Source: Gemmatales bacterium
GTDB taxonomy: Bacteria; Planctomycetota; Planctomycetia; Gemmatales; HRBIN36
Assembly: GCA_041640595.1 (NCBI GenBank)
Contig: JBEPZY010000005.1
Location: forward strand, 256,001 to 320,000
Length of the DNA stretch: 64,000 nt
Direction: 5' to 3'
Position numbers and translations under genes: made by a program. Shown here piece by piece: positions 18,969 through 28,599 of the stretch (within the stretch, counting starts at the first letter, position 1; every line of letters starts with the position of its first letter). Under the pieces are notes generated by a model. It searched no databases. It saw only the letters and a list, made by a program, of their open reading frames with translations, and had not been told where the DNA came from.

Positions 18969-19994
18969 ATGCGAGTGGCTTTGACAGGATTTGCGGGAAG
19001 CGGAAAAACCACCCTGTTCAGGTGGCTCACCGGGGTCCAGCCTGATACGGCAGCGGGTGTACGTGGCCAACTCGGTGTAGCTCGCCTGCACGATGAGCGC
19101 TTGCAATGGCTGGCGGCACAGGCCCATTCCCGGAAAGTTACCCCTGCGACTCTGGAGTTTCTCGACGTGCCCGGACTGGTCAGTGAGGATACCAGAGACA
19201 ATGCCCGTCGTCTGGCCACATTGCGAGAAGCCGATGCATTGCTGCTGGTGCTGGCCACGTTTCGCGAAGAACCGCTTGCCGAGTATCGCCGGTTGCAGGC
19301 CGAACTCACTCTGGCCGATCTGGAAATCGTGAGCAATCGCCTGCAACGGTTGGAAGCCCTGAGTCGGAAGGGGCGCTCCGCCGCTGAACGCGAGGCAGAC
19401 GAACGAGAACGCGGACTGTTGTTGCGGTTACAGCAGGCGCTGGAGCAGCAGAACCAGGTGACGCTTACGCCGGAAGAAAGCAAATTGGTTCGCGCCTTCC
19501 AGTTGTTCTCGCTGAAACCGCAAATGGTTCTGCTCAACACCAGCGAGAGTTTACCCGAAAGCCGCTTGCCTGCGGAGTTGCTTCGTCTCAACCCGCCACC
19601 CCTCGCGGTGCCGGTGCAACTGGAGTGGGAACTCAGTCAGTTGCCGGAAGCGGAGCGTGAATCGTTTGCTCGGGAGTTGGGACTGGAACGTCTTGGGCCG
19701 GATGAGGTGCTCAGGCGGATTTTTTACGGTCTGGGACAGATTGTCTTTTTCACGATGAATGAGGAAGAATGTCGGGCCTGGCCCATTCGCGCTGGCACAC
19801 CGGTCGTGCAAGCCGCAGGCACTATCCACAGCGATTTTGAGGCCGGTTTTATTCGCGCTGAGGTCATCCCGTTTCCGGAATTGCGTAAGTCAGGTTCGCT
19901 CAAAGAAGCGAAAGCTCACGGGTTGGTGCGGTTGGAAGGAAAAACCTACACTGTACAGGATGGCGATGTCATTTACATCCTGGCCCACCGCTAG
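18969..19994 (+). CDS. ychF: YchF-family P-loop NTPase, divergent (DUF933/TGS C-terminus)
   Basis: GFAGSGKTT, DVPGL, AAGTIHSDFEAGFIRAEV, RLEGKTYTVQDGD. Confidence 0.82.
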   Translation: MRVALTGFAGSGKTTLFRWLTGVQPDTAAGVRGQLGVARLHDERLQWLAAQAHSRKVTPATLEFLDVPGLVSEDTRDNARRLATLREADALLLVLATFREEPLAEYRRLQAELTLADLEIVSNRLQRLEALSRKGRSAAEREADERERGLLLRLQQALEQQNQVTLTPEESKLVRAFQLFSLKPQMVLLNTSESLPESRLPAELLRLNPPPLAVPVQLEWELSQLPEAERESFARELGLERLGPDEVLRRIFYGLGQIVFFTMNEEECRAWPIRAGTPVVQAAGTIHSDFEAGFIRAEVIPFPELRKSGSLKEAKAHGLVRLEGKTYTVQDGDVIYILAHR

Positions 19995-20141
19995 ACCGCA
20001 GAACAGCAGCCCAGGTTTGTCAAATTGTTGACACCAATACATTCCAGCATCTCAGTATCGTGGCCGCACCGCTAAACCAAAGGGCCGCCGTATGCGCTTG
20101 TGGAAGCCCTGTCGGCCAGTTTGTTCGCCTGCCACGCGCGC

Positions 20142-20182
20142 AAAAAAGAACCGTGGGCTTGGGCCCACGGTCGCACTTTTTG
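20142..20182. terminator. Probable bidirectional intrinsic terminator
   Basis: accgtgggc-ttgg-gcccacggt stem with an A-run upstream and a T-run downstream, between convergent genes. Confidence 0.7.
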
Positions 20183-20317
20183 TCGAGCAGATTCCAGCGC
20201 TCACTGACGCCCAGCGGTTAGCTGAGCCGTAATAGTTTGCCCGCGCTCTTCTGGTTGCAATGTGTGTCAGGCAAGCTCAGATGCGAAAGTTGGGGGCTTG
20301 CGCCACGTTGCCCCGTG

Positions 20318-20926
20318 CTAGTTGCTCTTGTTTTTCGGCTTGAGCGGGATGGTGTACAGGTAAATGGTGCGTTCGAAGCCATCGGCATTGACGCGTTCGA
20401 CCTTGTCCGGTTCATAGCCCGGAATCTCAAAGGAATGCGATACTACGCGCGTACCGGGCTTCATTTTCTGCAACTGCGGCACCAGCTTTTCGTTGAGCGA
20501 AGTGAGCAGGTAAAGGGTAACTACCGTGGGCGGCGGAATTTTATCGTCGATGCCTTTGGCCAGGTCCAGTGTGAAGATGTCTTTCTGGACGATGGTGACG
20601 AGGTTTTCCACACCGTTTTTCTTGACGTTATCGAGGGACTCTTTGACGCGTTGTGGGTCAATGTCCACGCCCACACCGCGGCAGCCGTATTGCTTGGCAG
20701 CGGTGACCACAATTCGCCCGTCACCACAGCCGAGATCGTAAACCACGTCCGCCTTGGTTACCTTAGCCAGTTCGAGCATCTTCTCGACTACCGGCTGGGG
20801 AGTGGGCACGAAAATCACATCCGGCCGCCGCTCCTGTGCCGAACCGCAACTGAGCAGAGCCGCTAAGGTGACTGTCAGGCCGGCAATTGCCAGACCAGAC
20901 ATCCCGCGTTGCATCGTCCGTCGCAT
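20318..20926 (-). CDS. SAM-dependent methyltransferase with N-terminal signal peptide
   Basis: FVPTP, YDLGCGDGRIV, GVGVDID, VVTLYLL, GTRVVSH; GGGAGG RBS. Confidence 0.85.
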   Translation of the reverse strand: MRRTMQRGMSGLAIAGLTVTLAALLSCGSAQERRPDVIFVPTPQPVVEKMLELAKVTKADVVYDLGCGDGRIVVTAAKQYGCRGVGVDIDPQRVKESLDNVKKNGVENLVTIVQKDIFTLDLAKGIDDKIPPPTVVTLYLLTSLNEKLVPQLQKMKPGTRVVSHSFEIPGYEPDKVERVNADGFERTIYLYTIPLKPKNKSN

Positions 20927-21144
20927 GGAAGCACCTCCCTTGTTTGGTTGCCACGACTCTGCGGCCCCATGCCGCATTAGTTCCTAACATAGCCAATGCG
21001 CCGCTTGCCTTCAATATGCCCTGCTGAAAATCTACCTTGCTGGTGATTTTTGCAGCGCCAATGGGCTGCTCAGGCTGGTTTACAATAAACTGATTGCGCG
21101 TGCTGAGATGGAAAGTATCCACCTGGTGGTCGAAGGAGCAGGTC

Positions 21145-22119
21145 ATGGCCGAGTGCACACCCCGAATGGCCCGGCGAGAATTTCTGCGAGCCGTAGCGGC
21201 GACAGCGACAATGCTCGCCTCGCGATCCGCCCAACCTGGGTTCGGTCAGGAACAATCGCCGCCCAGAAAACCAACGCAATTTCAGATTGCGTGCATGACT
21301 TTGCCTTACAGTGCCTTTCCGTTAGCGCGAGCGTTGCAGGGAATTAAGGCAGCCGGGTATCGCTATGTCGCCTGGGGCACCTCGCACAACGAAAACGGCA
21401 AAAGTGTTCCGGTGATGCCTGCGGATGCTCCGCCGCAACGCGCACGCGAATTGGCTCAGCGTTGCCGCGATCTCGGATTGGAACCGGTGATGATGTTTTC
21501 TGGCATTTATCCCGATAATCCGAAAGCCTACGAAGTTCTGGCCCGGCGAGTCGAACAAGCCGCGGCAGCAGGCATTCCACAGGTGCTGACTTTCAGCAGC
21601 ACCAGTGGCGGAAATCGTCCAGCCTTCATCGAAACCTTGAAGAAGCTCGGGCCGATTTGCCGCGACCACAACGTCCTGATCGTGGTCAAGCAACATGGCG
21701 GACTGACAGCGTCGGGCGAGCTCTGTCTGGGCATTATTCGTGAAGTCGGCCAGGACTGGATCAAAATCAATTACGACGCAGGCAACGTAATGGACTACCT
21801 GAACATTGATCCGATTCCCGACCTGCGTAAATGCGCTGAGGAAGTGCGGAGTTTTTGCATCAAGGATCACCGCAATTTCCCGAAGGACGAAGATTGCGGC
21901 CCGGGGTTCGGCGAGATCGATCACTACAAGCTGCTTTACGAGGTGGCCTGGACTGGTCGGGTGATGCCCCTGTGTTGCGAAAACATCTCTGCCCCACTGT
22001 TGCCGCGACCGAAAACTCCTGAAGGTGTGGACGACCTGGCTCGTCGAGCACGCGAGTTTCTGGAGACCGTGATTGCAGGTCTGCACAGCCTGCCGACCCC
22101 GGCTCCGAAGAAGCCCTAA
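21145..22119 (+). CDS. Sugar phosphate isomerase/epimerase (xylose isomerase-like TIM barrel), TAT-exported
   Basis: ARREFL twin-arginine signal; KQHGG, INYDAGN, IKDH, GFGEID. Confidence 0.8.
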   Translation: MAECTPRMARREFLRAVAATATMLASRSAQPGFGQEQSPPRKPTQFQIACMTLPYSAFPLARALQGIKAAGYRYVAWGTSHNENGKSVPVMPADAPPQRARELAQRCRDLGLEPVMMFSGIYPDNPKAYEVLARRVEQAAAAGIPQVLTFSSTSGGNRPAFIETLKKLGPICRDHNVLIVVKQHGGLTASGELCLGIIREVGQDWIKINYDAGNVMDYLNIDPIPDLRKCAEEVRSFCIKDHRNFPKDEDCGPGFGEIDHYKLLYEVAWTGRVMPLCCENISAPLLPRPKTPEGVDDLARRAREFLETVIAGLHSLPTPAPKKP

Positions 22120-23744
22120 ACGCGGTAGCCTTGCCACGAACCGTGTGCAAAACGGATCAAAAAGGCCAGGCCGCGAACGACAAGGTCGCTCACCATCGCC
22201 AGCCAGGCACCCAGCAACCCCAGTTGCCAGTCCGGTCCGGTCAACCAGTAAGCCAGAGGAATCCGTATTCCCAGAAAGCCGACCCAGGTAAACAGCACGG
22301 GTACCCGCGTGTCGCCGGCACCACGCAGCGCACCCGTGAAGATAATGCACGAAGCCAGCACCGGCATAGCGTAAGCAATGAGCCGCAACACAGGCACGCC
22401 CGTGTGAACGATCGGTTCTTGCTCCGGATAAGGGCAGAAGAGACGAAACATCGGTTCGGCCAGGAGGTAGAAAACCAGGCCCATAACGCACATCACCCCG
22501 CAGCCGATTCCGAACGCTGTCCAGCCACTTTTCGCGGCACGCTGCGGACTACCGGCACCGAGCGACTGTCCTACCATGGTCATGGCCGCGGCAGCAAATG
22601 CCCCTCCGGACAGATAGCCCAGCGCTTCCCACTGAATGGCGATTCCGTGAGCGGCACTGGCGACCATTCCCAGCCGGTTCACGATGCTCAAAAACCATAG
22701 TTGCCACACTACTACCGAAAGGCTGTCCACGCCGGCAGGGATACTGACTCGGAGAATGCGAACCATCAGTTCGGCCTCGATGCGGAAATAACGACGCCGC
22801 AAACGCAAGCCAGCCCGCCCGTGTTTCAGTACCAGCAATACTGCCAGTGAACCAAGCACCTGACTGCACGCGGTGCCGACTGCGATGCCAACGAATCCCA
22901 ATTCCGGAAACGGTCCCCAGCCGAGGCAAAATGCCCAGCTGAGTGGTAAGTTGATAATCGCCACGCCCGACAAAACCCACATTCCGGTTATGGTGTCGCC
23001 AGCGCCTGCCAGGCAGGCTAGACCCACGGATTCCACCATCTGCCACGTGAGCGCCAGAAAGATCGGCCGAAGATACGTTGCTGCATAAATCGCAGCCTCC
23101 CCTTGCAGTCGCAAAACCTGTACCAGCCAGTCTGTAATGAGCAGTCCGGCCACGCTCCCGGCCAGCCCAAAGGCCAAACCCAGCAAGATCGCCTGGTGTG
23201 TGGCGCGATTGGCTTGCTCCCATTCTCCCGCGCCAACATGCCGTGCCACCACAGCCGTTGCACCGACCGATACCAACACAGTGAAACTGCTCAGGAACCA
23301 GCTCAGATAACCGGCCGTGGTTTGTGCCGATTGGTAAGCGACCACGCGTAACCGCTGCTGCTCAGCTTCGCGGATAAGCCAGGCCGCCACCAGTCGCGAA
23401 CTCAAATCAGGGTGTGCTTGCAATGCCAGCGCCCGGCCGTAGCGGGCCTGATACTCCGCCCAGTGCGATTCCGACATGCCCAGAAACCTGCCGGCAATCA
23501 GCCGATCCGACAGCGATACGGCCAGGGTCAGGAATTGCTGCACCATGACTGGCAAGGCCAGTGCCAGCGTCCAGCGCCAGAGACTACGCTGGAGCACAGC
23601 CAAGCTGGTACTGGATTGTGCGGATGCCGAGTGTTCGGGGAAATCGGAGTCCGATAATGCCGAGTCTGGCTTCGTCGCGGGGGAATCCTGGCCATCGGCT
23701 TGCAGGTTCATAATCGTGCCTTTGCGAGTCTTTACGCTGACCAT
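22116..23744 (-). CDS. MATE family efflux transporter
   Basis: LALPV, GAGDT (twice), VGQSLGAG, about 12 TMs. Confidence 0.9.
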   Translation of the reverse strand: MVSVKTRKGTIMNLQADGQDSPATKPDSALSDSDFPEHSASAQSSTSLAVLQRSLWRWTLALALPVMVQQFLTLAVSLSDRLIAGRFLGMSESHWAEYQARYGRALALQAHPDLSSRLVAAWLIREAEQQRLRVVAYQSAQTTAGYLSWFLSSFTVLVSVGATAVVARHVGAGEWEQANRATHQAILLGLAFGLAGSVAGLLITDWLVQVLRLQGEAAIYAATYLRPIFLALTWQMVESVGLACLAGAGDTITGMWVLSGVAIINLPLSWAFCLGWGPFPELGFVGIAVGTACSQVLGSLAVLLVLKHGRAGLRLRRRYFRIEAELMVRILRVSIPAGVDSLSVVVWQLWFLSIVNRLGMVASAAHGIAIQWEALGYLSGGAFAAAAMTMVGQSLGAGSPQRAAKSGWTAFGIGCGVMCVMGLVFYLLAEPMFRLFCPYPEQEPIVHTGVPVLRLIAYAMPVLASCIIFTGALRGAGDTRVPVLFTWVGFLGIRIPLAYWLTGPDWQLGLLGAWLAMVSDLVVRGLAFLIRFAHGSWQGYRV

Positions 23745-23789
23745 GGCAGCATTTTTGGGCGAGCAACCTTATTGTGCGAGGATGACTCC

Positions 23790-24176
23790 ATGCCCATCAA
23801 GACCAAACGCTGGAACGATCCCGTGGAACCGGATGACGGCTTCCGCTTGCTCATCTGCCGTTACCGACCGCGTGGCGTTTCCAAACAGGAGGAGACGTGG
23901 GATGCCTGGTGGCCCGAATTAGGGCCCAGCCGCGAATTGCACGCTGCCTACTGGGGCAAACAGGGCCAGCCTATTTCCTGGGCTGAGTACCGCCGCCGCT
24001 ATCTCGCCGAAATGAAGAAGCAGACCGATCGCTTAAACCAGCTGGTCGAACGGTTGCGACACGGGGAAACGATAACGCTTTTGTGTTCGTCGGCGTGCGT
24101 CCATGAACAACGGTGCCACCGCTGGCTGCTCAAGCAGTTGCTCGAGAAGATGCTCGCAGGCAACAAAACCAGTTGA
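23790..24176 (+). CDS. DUF488 / YeaO family protein
   Basis: DDGFRLLICRYRPRGVSK, ELGPSREL, ITLLC. Confidence 0.85.
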   Translation: MPIKTKRWNDPVEPDDGFRLLICRYRPRGVSKQEETWDAWWPELGPSRELHAAYWGKQGQPISWAEYRRRYLAEMKKQTDRLNQLVERLRHGETITLLCSSACVHEQRCHRWLLKQLLEKMLAGNKTS

Positions 24177-24269
24177 CCGTAGCGACACGACAGCGGCAGT
24201 TCTGGCGTGTTAAAGCGTCGCCGAGACTGCATCTTTTCGCATCGGTCAGTTATAGCAGGTCCGTTCCTG

Positions 24270-26216
24270 CTACGTCGGCTCATTGAATTTGCTTCTGGCA
24301 AGCCGACGCATTTTCGGACCAGGTGTGTTGTGTGGGGAAATATGGCCCGGCCAGGTGCTCGTTCCGGAGATTATGTAAAAGACAAAAAGAATTGCCAGCA
24401 ACGCACCGAACAGAGCCCCCACAATCGCGTCTGTAGTCGTGCTTCTCGTGAAAGGGCCGAGAAAAGCAGATCGTGCAGCACCACACGCGGCGCCCAACAA
24501 CGCCGCGACAACCGGTGCCAGGATTGCCGACCAGCCAAGGTTCACCCACCGGATCGGCCGTTGCCAGGCCCATTCCGCCAGCATCAACAGTTGCCGGGAT
24601 TCCCATCCCAGGTAACGGCGTTGCAATGACGGACCGAGTTCGGCCCACAGTTCCACCGGCAATTGAGGTGTCTGCAAGCCTCGCTCCTTGCGCAAGCGAG
24701 ACAGCAGCCATTGCAAATCGCGCAACTGGGCGGCGGAGAGTTTTTCCCACATCCGGCTCTGGAGGCAGCGCAAGCGGGTCAACAGTTGTCGTCGCGTTTC
24801 GTGCAGCCTTCGGCGAGCTTCGGCCACCGGACGGAAGGCGCTGGCTGCTTGTTTGACCCGCGCCAGCCACTGCATGCGTTCCCAGGTCGGCTCGCCGTCG
24901 GGCAGCACTTTGAGCAGAGCGCTCGGTGCCTGGTCGGGATTGTGCAAGAGCCGATTCCAGATCACATCACGTATTCGCGGCGTAATCCCAGCAGGCAAAG
25001 GGGCATTTTCGACTTCCTGACGCAGGGAGTCGGCATGCGCTTCCGCTTGCTGCAACCGCTCCAGACAGGTGCGCAATTGCGGATGCGTTCCACGACGGAC
25101 CTGCAAAATCGCTTCGCTGATCGCCAGATATTGTTTCTGCAAACTCGCCAGTTTCTCCGGTAAGTTCGGCAAATCAGCATCCGGAGCGTAATCGCGGGAC
25201 ACTGCTGGCAAAGATATGTCACTCTCGCCCGGAAAATCATTTTCCTGGACGAGTTCCACGACCGGAGCCACGCTGAGCCGGGCTACCAGTTCGCGGACAA
25301 ACGCGCCTGCCGACATGGGTCGCGCTTCGGGGTTGGGCGAGAGAGCGAGGCGGAGCCAGTCGTGTTCGCATGGCAAAAGTCCTTCGACATGAAAATCGCC
25401 TCGCTGTTGCCGCTGCGCGATTTCGTGGGGATCATCTCCGAATGGAGGTCTCCCGGTGCGCAGGTGGACATAGGTCGCTGCCAGACCGTACACGTCTATA
25501 GTCGGATGTAACTGCCGCGGCTGGGCAAATGCTTCCGGCGGTGTGTAACCGAATGTGCCAGCACCGCTGTGAGAAACAACACTGAGTCCGGCGAGTTTCA
25601 ATAGTTCCAGGTCGCCCACTTTCACTTGCCCGCCGACCAGGAACAGATTGTGTGGTTTGATGTCGCGGTGATAGATGCCGCGAGTGTTGAGAAAATCAAT
25701 TCCCTCGGCTGCCTGTTCCAGGTAACTGAGCAGTTCGTCCAGAGGCAAACCCTGCTGACCTGCCTGCTGATACGCACGCAGACGATCGGCGAGCGTGCCT
25801 TCTTCGGCCAGCTCCCAGATGGTCACCAGGTGCCCCAGCACCAGTTCATAGGCGATCAGCGTCAGCAAATGTGGATGACCGCCCAAACGCAGCAGCAGTT
25901 GCACAGCTTCCAGTTGCCGAGCAGCCACGGTGCCGTCGCCATCCACGGGGTCGAGATTGATTTTGACCGCACGCGGAATGCCATCTACTTCTTCGCGGTA
26001 AACGACAGCAAATCCGCCTCGGCCGATTTCTTCGTTGAGCTTCCAGCCATACTGCTGCCGCAACGTATCCACTACTGCGGAGAAACCGCGAATGTTGCGA
26101 CAACCGGGCCACGTTGACGGTGGACTCGCACTGTTTTCACCTGGAATCGAATCCGGACGAACATCTGGGCGATTAACTCCATCCGGAGAGGAATTCTGCT
26201 CGACCTGATCATCCAT
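24270..26216 (-). CDS. Hanks-type Ser/Thr protein kinase with coiled-coil region and C-terminal TMs
   Basis: IGRGGFAVVY, AVK, HRDIKPHN, GT.GY.PPE, DVYGLA; GGAG RBS before ATG 26216. Confidence 0.85.
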   Translation of the reverse strand: MDDQVEQNSSPDGVNRPDVRPDSIPGENSASPPSTWPGCRNIRGFSAVVDTLRQQYGWKLNEEIGRGGFAVVYREEVDGIPRAVKINLDPVDGDGTVAARQLEAVQLLLRLGGHPHLLTLIAYELVLGHLVTIWELAEEGTLADRLRAYQQAGQQGLPLDELLSYLEQAAEGIDFLNTRGIYHRDIKPHNLFLVGGQVKVGDLELLKLAGLSVVSHSGAGTFGYTPPEAFAQPRQLHPTIDVYGLAATYVHLRTGRPPFGDDPHEIAQRQQRGDFHVEGLLPCEHDWLRLALSPNPEARPMSAGAFVRELVARLSVAPVVELVQENDFPGESDISLPAVSRDYAPDADLPNLPEKLASLQKQYLAISEAILQVRRGTHPQLRTCLERLQQAEAHADSLRQEVENAPLPAGITPRIRDVIWNRLLHNPDQAPSALLKVLPDGEPTWERMQWLARVKQAASAFRPVAEARRRLHETRRQLLTRLRCLQSRMWEKLSAAQLRDLQWLLSRLRKERGLQTPQLPVELWAELGPSLQRRYLGWESRQLLMLAEWAWQRPIRWVNLGWSAILAPVVAALLGAACGAARSAFLGPFTRSTTTDAIVGALFGALLAILFVFYIISGTSTWPGHISPHNTPGPKMRRLARSKFNEPT

Positions 26217-26422
26217 AACCAAACTCCGTAGCAATCGCCAGTTCTGGCCGATTCGCTCGTCCGACCTGGCAGAGAGCCTTTTACCCCGTACGCTCTTCTT
26301 GGTGTCATTATACCGCCCGGCCGACAGGATTGCCGCTTCCTGGCCGGCGACTTCGAAGGCGTAACGTTGGCCGGGAAATGACGCACCTGACACCCTCGCT
26401 TCAGGATAGCGCGGGGCGTTAT

Positions 26423-28123
26423 TCAGTAACCGGCGGCGTAACCGTCCTTGCGATATTCACTGCCGCCCAGGAGCGTACCGTGTTCCCAATCAATAAGGAT
26501 GCCCTGATAACCGCCACCATTTCTGGCAACTCGCCGCACTCGGTGACCGCGCCGCTGCAGTTCTGCCACGACGGTCTCAGGAATCCCTGGTTCGGCCAGT
26601 ACGGTACCGCCTTGCGGATCGCCAGGCCGACCGGTCGGCGTCGCCGAACCAACATGCTCGATTCGGGGTGCCTCGCCGGCCGCCTGCACGTCCATGCCGA
26701 AATCAATCAGATTCACCAGTATCTGCACCTGCCCTTGCGGTTGCATATCGCCACCCATCACGCCAAAGACGAACCACGGTTTTCCATCTCGCGTTACCAG
26801 GGCAGGAATGATCGTGTGAAACGGACGTTTGCGCGGTTCGAGCCGATTGGCATGATGTTCGTCCAGCGCAAATAAGGCACCACGATTCTGCAAGGCGAAC
26901 CCCAGTTCTCCGGGCACCAATCCCGAACCAAAACCGTAATAATTGCTCTGAATCAGCGAGACGCAATTGCGGTCTTTATCCACGACGCACAGGTATATAG
27001 TGTCGCCCGAACGAAGTTTGGCATCACCAGCGGGAATCTCAGTCAGAGCGCGATCCCGACGAATCAACTTGCGGCGGGCATCGGCGTAGGGTTTGGAGAT
27101 CAACTCCGCCAGCGGGATCCTGGCGAATTCCGGATCGGCGTAATATCGGGCACGGTCGGCGTAGGCCAGTTTCTTCGCCTCGATGAACAGGTGCCACCAG
27201 TCGGCACTGTTCGGTCCCAGCGATTTCAGATCGTAACCCTCCAGAATGTTCAGCATTTGCAGTACAGCAATCCCCTGGCCCGGCGGAGGCAACTCCCAAA
27301 CCTGATAACCGCGATACGTGGTGCTGACGGGTTCCACCCATGTGGACGTATGTTCGGCAAAATCCTGCAGCGTAAACAGTCCGCCGACCCGATCCGAATA
27401 GGCGACGATCTCTCGAGCAATGCGACCACGATAAAAAGCGTCCCGACCTTTTTCAGCCAGTTCGCGGTAGGTTTGCGCCAGGTAGGGATTGCGGAACAGC
27501 TCCCCTGTGCGTGGCGCTCGACCATGGGGCAGGAAAGTTTTGCTCGCTTCCGGTGAACGCTGTAACAACGGCTCCGCGGCCCGCCAGTAACCGGCAATTA
27601 CCTCCGGCACGGGGAAACCCTGTTCGGCGTAGCGAATGCTCGGTTCGAGGAGTTCGGCGAGCGTCTTAGTGCCGAATCGTTTGCGCAATTCCTCCCAGCC
27701 ATCCACGCAACCGGGCACCGACCAGGAAAGCGGTCCTGTTGTCGGAATTTCCTGGTAACCGTGCTGTTTGAACCAGGTAATAGTGGCGCGGGCCGGTGCA
27801 CGACCGCTGGCATTCAAGCCGTAGAGTTTCTGCGTTTTTGCATCCCAGACGATCGCAAACAGATCACCACCAATGCCGCACGACATCGGCTCCATCAATC
27901 CCATGGCGGCGCTGGTGGCTATTGCGGCATCTACAGCGTTCCCGCCACTTTTGAGGATGTCGAGGCCAATCTGCACGGCGAGCGGATGGCTGGTGGCCAC
28001 CATGCCGTTTTTGGCTACCGCTACCGAACGTCCGGATTTCCCGGCGGGAATTGCTGCTCGTTCTGCCGCCAATAGTACCGTTACAGCGAGCGTCGCTGCG
28101 GTCAGTAGCAGGGTCGTTTTCAT
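26423..28123 (-). CDS. ggt: Gamma-glutamyltransferase
   Basis: GMVATSHPLA, GGNAVDAAIA, GIGGD, catalytic DT.YLCVVD, RPFHTIIP, GVMGGDMQPQG. Confidence 0.93.
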   Translation of the reverse strand: MKTTLLLTAATLAVTVLLAAERAAIPAGKSGRSVAVAKNGMVATSHPLAVQIGLDILKSGGNAVDAAIATSAAMGLMEPMSCGIGGDLFAIVWDAKTQKLYGLNASGRAPARATITWFKQHGYQEIPTTGPLSWSVPGCVDGWEELRKRFGTKTLAELLEPSIRYAEQGFPVPEVIAGYWRAAEPLLQRSPEASKTFLPHGRAPRTGELFRNPYLAQTYRELAEKGRDAFYRGRIAREIVAYSDRVGGLFTLQDFAEHTSTWVEPVSTTYRGYQVWELPPPGQGIAVLQMLNILEGYDLKSLGPNSADWWHLFIEAKKLAYADRARYYADPEFARIPLAELISKPYADARRKLIRRDRALTEIPAGDAKLRSGDTIYLCVVDKDRNCVSLIQSNYYGFGSGLVPGELGFALQNRGALFALDEHHANRLEPRKRPFHTIIPALVTRDGKPWFVFGVMGGDMQPQGQVQILVNLIDFGMDVQAAGEAPRIEHVGSATPTGRPGDPQGGTVLAEPGIPETVVAELQRRGHRVRRVARNGGGYQGILIDWEHGTLLGGSEYRKDGYAAGY

Positions 28124-28142
28124 GGGGGGCACTCTTTCGCAG

Positions 28143-28547
28143 TTAGCGGTTGCAACCTTCGGGGAAAATCGGCACAGGTTGTCGTCCGGAGGGTGTCTCG
28201 GCTATGGCGACATAGACCACGTCGGCTTCGGTGACCTTAATCATGCGTCCGTCGCGTTCCACTTCGACATCCACATGCATGGTGATGGAAGTACGGCCAA
28301 TCTTGAGCAGTTGTGTCCAGTAGTTGACGACGTCACCCACCAGGACGGGATGGTGGAACTCAACGCGGTTCATGGCCACGGTGACCAGTACCGGAACATG
28401 GTGAGTCCGACGACTGATCTCCCATTGTGCTCCGATCGCCCCTGCCTGATCCATCTGGCTCAACAACACGCCGCCAAAGATCGTCCCGTGCGGGTTAGTA
28501 TCTCGCGGCATCATCACCGTCTTGAGAGCCAGATAGCGATCGGCCAT
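28143..28547 (-). CDS. Acyl-CoA thioesterase (hotdog fold, YciA-like)
   Basis: MPRDTNPHGTIFGG.LLS.MD, GRTSI. Confidence 0.92.
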   Translation of the reverse strand: MADRYLALKTVMMPRDTNPHGTIFGGVLLSQMDQAGAIGAQWEISRRTHHVPVLVTVAMNRVEFHHPVLVGDVVNYWTQLLKIGRTSITMHVDVEVERDGRMIKVTEADVVYVAIAETPSGRQPVPIFPEGCNR

Positions 28548-28599
28548 GCTCAATTGCCACTAATATGGCGAAATCGCCACCGTTGCGGCCCGGTTGACG

